A stretch of DNA of 11,384 nt, taken from assembly GCA_013375475.1 (NCBI GenBank), contig JABXKD010000101.1, positions 1 through 11,384 on the forward strand. The letters are read 5' to 3'. The translations under genes were made by a program, and so were the position numbers. The notes beneath the pieces are model-generated. The model was not told the origin of the DNA. It did no database searches and was given only the letters and a program-made list of their open reading frames with translations. This document shows, piece after piece, positions 8,419 to 11,384 of this stretch; the stretch's first letter is position 1; the number at the start of each line of letters is the position of its first letter. Source of the stretch: Promethearchaeota archaeon. Its GTDB lineage: Archaea > Asgardarchaeota > Lokiarchaeia > Sigyniarchaeales > SOKP01.

Positions 8419-9326
8419 TCGTTATCGCCTCCGAGATTTTTTTTAATCAGATGTTTCTTATCTTCGTCAATATTAACTTCGTGCTCAGTTTCAATCTTTT
8501 CCTCTGCGTCAACATCTACTTTATGAATAATATCTCTTCGCATTTCGGCGTATTTGTTGAGTTTTAATTTTCTAGCTGGTATACCAGAGTAAATCCAACC
8601 ATCTTCTAACTTCTGATTTAGAGTTGTAATTGATACTGCCCCTAATACTGTATCTTCACCGAAATGAGTTCCAGGTGCAATGGTGCTTTGTCCTCCAACA
8701 AGGGCATAATCGTCAAATCTGATTTTTTTAATTATTAGATAGTTACCAACCACCATAGAACTCATAATTACAGCCCCTTGTCCAACTGTAACGTGTTTTC
8801 CAAAGGAAATAAATTCAGCGTCGCACCATGCATCGTTTAGATGACTCGAAAAGTCCATTTTAATGGAAAACCAGCGAAAAGCGATAACATCGATCCATGG
8901 TAATGGCCAATTTCGTATTAACCATAATGTTATCTTCTTAATCTCTGTTCTAATCTTCCAAAACTCGAAGTCATTATCACGCTTATCAGTTCGGAAGATT
9001 CCCTCTTTAGGTTCGTGAATTAGGTTTATAAAGATTAGCAGAAGTTTGCTAAAAAAGAAACAACTAAAAATGAAAAGAAAACTGAATCCTAATAATATTA
9101 AAGGCAAAAATAACAATTTTATAATCCAAGGTACTGGACTGATTGTATATCCGTACCAAAACGTTGCGACCGCAAGTCCACTAAACCAGAATATTGGAAT
9201 ATATACTGCTAAGAATTTAAGACTTACTCTATGTATTGCTGAGCTTGTAGTAAAATCAATAAAGAACTCATTATCGTCTTCTTCTTTTTCTATATCCTTC
9301 TGTTCATCTTCAATTTTTTCATTCAC
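8415..9326 (-). CDS. Membrane-anchored LbH acyltransferase-like protein, subtype B (set 1)
   Basis: Two TM helices, HEPKEGIF...DFEFW, MDFSSHL-x-D-x-WCDAEF, LbH repeats and GWIYSGIPAR. GTG at 9326 is preceded by AGGTGA at an 8-nt spacing; the alternative start is GTG at 9338. Confidence 0.85.
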   Translation of the reverse strand: MNEKIEDEQKDIEKEEDDNEFFIDFTTSSAIHRVSLKFLAVYIPIFWFSGLAVATFWYGYTISPVPWIIKLLFLPLILLGFSFLFIFSCFFFSKLLLIFINLIHEPKEGIFRTDKRDNDFEFWKIRTEIKKITLWLIRNWPLPWIDVIAFRWFSIKMDFSSHLNDAWCDAEFISFGKHVTVGQGAVIMSSMVVGNYLIIKKIRFDDYALVGGQSTIAPGTHFGEDTVLGAVSITTLNQKLEDGWIYSGIPARKLKLNKYAEMRRDIIHKVDVDAEEKIETEHEVNIDEDKKHLIKKNLGGDNE

Positions 9327-10263
9327 TTTTATTTTCACCTTGTTTGCTTAACTTTCTCTCCTTACTATTTTCCACTTTTTTAATCCTTTCTACCTTCTCA
9401 ATTTCTTTTTTAATTCTTAATTCTTCAGCGCGTTGTAGGTCTTCTTCAGAAACTTTCAAGTATTCTATAAGTTTTTTCTTGAATATCCGTCGTAATGGCA
9501 TACCGTAGTAATAGTTGTTTCCTTTTGTAGTATTAAATTTTGTAGCAGCTGCCATTGGTAATAAGTAGGTGTTGTCTTTTAATTCGCTTCCAGGACCAAC
9601 CACATTATGTCCACCGAGCGTCGAGTTATCTCCTGCCTTCACTCGAAAATAGCTGATATTGCCACCTATTCCCTCTACAACATGTGAAGCTAAAGCAGAA
9701 TTAACCCCTACATAGACATTTCTTTTCACATGTATATTTCTATCGTTAGTTACTGATTCCTCGATTGTGGAACCCTTTTCAATAATACTCGCACCCACAA
9801 AATTAAAAAACCAATTTGCGAGCCACGGAAATATCCCCTTCACAAATGTGTTCTTCCCATATTTAATCATAAAGCTTCTGTAATGGTAGTAGTCTAACGT
9901 TTTAGATGTGATGTTACGTGGAATTATACCGTCTTTTGTAGGACTTTTCTTTTCCGTATACCTCCAAAAAAATCGCGTGCATAACCCAACGAGATATAAA
10001 CGAATTAAATAAAAACATATAATGACTAAGGGAAAGGTTATAAAAATGAGTAAAGAATTAAAACTGGTAAGCATTACGATAAAATCTCTTACTCCTAAGA
10101 AGAGTGGTTTAAAAACCAAAAAGAGGTAAAACATAAGAGCTATTACTGGTATCATATACGATCCAATATAAATACATAAGAAGATACCGAAATATTTATG
10201 ATATTGAAATTGGACATTTTCCCTATAAATATCATCCCCAGAATCTACGGTTTCTTCTATCAT
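9319..10263 (-). CDS. Membrane-anchored LbH acyltransferase-like protein, subtype A' (set 1)
   Basis: Two TM helices, SPTKDGIIPRNI, YYHYRSF, GIFPWL, VGVNSALASHVVEG, GDNSTLGG and YYYGMP. AGGTGA 7 nt before the ATG. Confidence 0.85.
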   Translation of the reverse strand: MIEETVDSGDDIYRENVQFQYHKYFGIFLCIYIGSYMIPVIALMFYLFLVFKPLFLGVRDFIVMLTSFNSLLIFITFPLVIICFYLIRLYLVGLCTRFFWRYTEKKSPTKDGIIPRNITSKTLDYYHYRSFMIKYGKNTFVKGIFPWLANWFFNFVGASIIEKGSTIEESVTNDRNIHVKRNVYVGVNSALASHVVEGIGGNISYFRVKAGDNSTLGGHNVVGPGSELKDNTYLLPMAAATKFNTTKGNNYYYGMPLRRIFKKKLIEYLKVSEEDLQRAEELRIKKEIEKVERIKKVENSKERKLSKQGENKSE

Positions 10264-10270
10264 AAAGATT

Positions 10271-10276
10271 TCACCT
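10271..10276 (-). promoter_or_regulatory. Archaeal-type Shine-Dalgarno motif (AGGTGA) for the A' gene
   Basis: The minus strand reads GAAGGTGAAATCTTT-ATG. Similar motifs precede the starts at 9326, 8418 and 3291. Confidence 0.6.
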
Positions 10277-10287
10277 TCTCTTCTAAT

Positions 10288-11217
10288 TTATTCTTGATTC
10301 TCCACTTCTGTAACTTTTATTTTTCTTTTTTCTTTTTCATTTTCTTGTCTCACTCTTAATTCTTCGGCTCGGTTTAAATCATTTTCACTCACTTTCAAGT
10401 AATCCATAATTTTTTTATGAAAGATGCGACGTAAAGGCATTCCAAAGTAATAATTATTCCCTTTAGTCTTATTATGTTTTGTTGCAGCCGCTATTGGTAA
10501 GAGATACGAGTTATCGCTTAACTCACATCCCGGTGCGATGTTGTTAAATCCACCGAGCGTGGTGTTATCTCCCAATTTGATTTCAAAATAAACGATATTG
10601 CCAAATGTTCCTTCTACAAAGTGAGATGATAAGGCTGAATTAACGCCAACATAGCAATTTCTTCCAACATTCATATGTTTATCTGTAACTACTGATTCTT
10701 CTAATGTGGAACCTTTTTTAATAATTCCAGTTCCAACAAAATTAAAGTACCAGTTTGCTAGCCAGGGAAAAACTCCTTTCATGAATGCGTTTTTTCCGTA
10801 TTTTATCATAAAAGACCTAATATGGTAAAAATTAGCAGTTTTCGATGGAATGTTCCTCGGGATTATGCCATCTTTCGTTGGACTTTTCTTTTCCGTATAT
10901 CTCCAGAAAGTTCGAGTTATTAAACCTACAATAAACAAGTGAGATAAATAACTAACTATTATTACTAAAGGTAAAGCTAAAAAAGCCACTAATGAATCAA
11001 GATTAGTAAATAACGCAATGAAATTACCTACCAATAAGACATATGGAATAAACACAAGAAGAATGTAAGACATAAAGATGATTCCTGAGACGAGGTAGGA
11101 TGAATAATAAATAAGAAAGAAGATGCTTAAGTACCAATGAAACTGAAGATTAATTTTTTCTTTTGAAGTTTCTGGATCAGAACTGCTTATATCAGATTCT
11201 TCAATATCATCTAGCAC
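10288..11217 (-). CDS. Membrane-anchored LbH acyltransferase-like protein, subtype A (set 1)
   Basis: Close tandem paralog of 9319..10263 (SPTKDGIIPRNI, FYHIRSF, VGVNSALSSHFVEG, YYFGMP). GTG start with AGGTAA 6 nt upstream. Confidence 0.85.
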   Translation of the reverse strand: MLDDIEESDISSSDPETSKEKINLQFHWYLSIFFLIYYSSYLVSGIIFMSYILLVFIPYVLLVGNFIALFTNLDSLVAFLALPLVIIVSYLSHLFIVGLITRTFWRYTEKKSPTKDGIIPRNIPSKTANFYHIRSFMIKYGKNAFMKGVFPWLANWYFNFVGTGIIKKGSTLEESVVTDKHMNVGRNCYVGVNSALSSHFVEGTFGNIVYFEIKLGDNTTLGGFNNIAPGCELSDNSYLLPIAAATKHNKTKGNNYYFGMPLRRIFHKKIMDYLKVSENDLNRAEELRVRQENEKEKRKIKVTEVENQE

Positions 11218-11276
11218 TTTAAATTACCTTTCTTTTATTATTGATGCCAGTTAGGTTAGCTTATTAGGCTTACTAG

Positions 11277-11384
11277 ATTAAGTTTGAATTAATTAATATT
11301 CACCCAAGTGAAGATGCTAATAATACTCACATGTCTGCAAGTACAAATGGTGGTAGTTCTTATGGTGTAACTGCAACAACTACT
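11277..11384 (+). other. Coding-like fragment of an unrelated, possibly phage, gene running off the window end
   Basis: Open frame IKFELINIHPSEDANNTHMSASTNGGSSYGVTATTT directly after an in-frame TAG. From memory it resembles the F-x-F-INIHP...S-x2-GGS-x-Y-x-V-x2-TT motif of uncharacterised marine phage proteins; not verified. Confidence 0.35.

Noticed and set aside
9319-9350. Programmed +1 frameshift, or sequencing error, fusing A' to B as in the 639-aa protein
   Set aside because: The B frame is closed by TAA at 9350-9348, and B has its own AGGTGA plus GTG overlapping the A' stop (GTGAATGA). Ordinary translational coupling explains the junction.
5942-9351. Plus-strand ORFs 5942..6268, 7190..7414, 8376..8567 and 9046..9351
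   Set aside because: Antisense shadows of the dehydrogenase, hydrolase and LbH genes.
2332-11217. Naming the LbH genes lpxA/lpxD, dapD/dapH, cysE, maa or gamma-carbonic anhydrase
   Set aside because: Those are soluble proteins without the N-terminal TM hairpin, and their family-specific motifs (for example the three Zn-binding His of gamma-CA) are not evident. Only the generic hexapeptide repeat is shared.
11249-11282. TTAGG/TTAGC/GCTTA-like micro-repeats (telomere-like, iteron or CRISPR remnant?)
   Set aside because: Too short and degenerate, with no regular repeat-spacer period. It may be a regulator site, but I cannot support that.

Overview
AT-rich, gene-dense prokaryotic window. It looks archaeal (GGTGA/GGAGG ribosome-binding motifs, oligo-T terminator, AlaX-M with DGGTH); gene style suggests Lokiarchaeia/Asgard, which is an inference. 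The main element is two co-oriented, paralogous minus-strand gene sets that encode seven copies of a '2 membrane helices + left-handed beta-helix (hexapeptide-repeat) acyltransferase' unit in three subtypes, here called A, B and C. Set 1 (11217->7522) is A, A', B, C, followed by a translationally coupled carbon-nitrogen hydrolase and a Zn-dependent dehydrogenase. Set 2 (5197->2332) is an A-B fusion plus C. The unit resembles the triplicated membrane/acyltransferase-like C-terminal module of epsilon-poly-L-lysine synthetase (Pls)-type NRPSs, but it is split into subunits and there is no adenylation or carrier domain in the window. Only subtype A keeps the candidate catalytic His. An A16 tract sits in the A-B linker. 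Other genes are a 5'-truncated DUF998-like membrane protein, AlaX, a YkgJ-type cysteine-cluster protein, and two head-to-head ORFs that appear N-terminally truncated. The last 108 bp look like a fragment of an unrelated, possibly phage, gene. No rRNA, tRNA, CRISPR array or transposase was seen.
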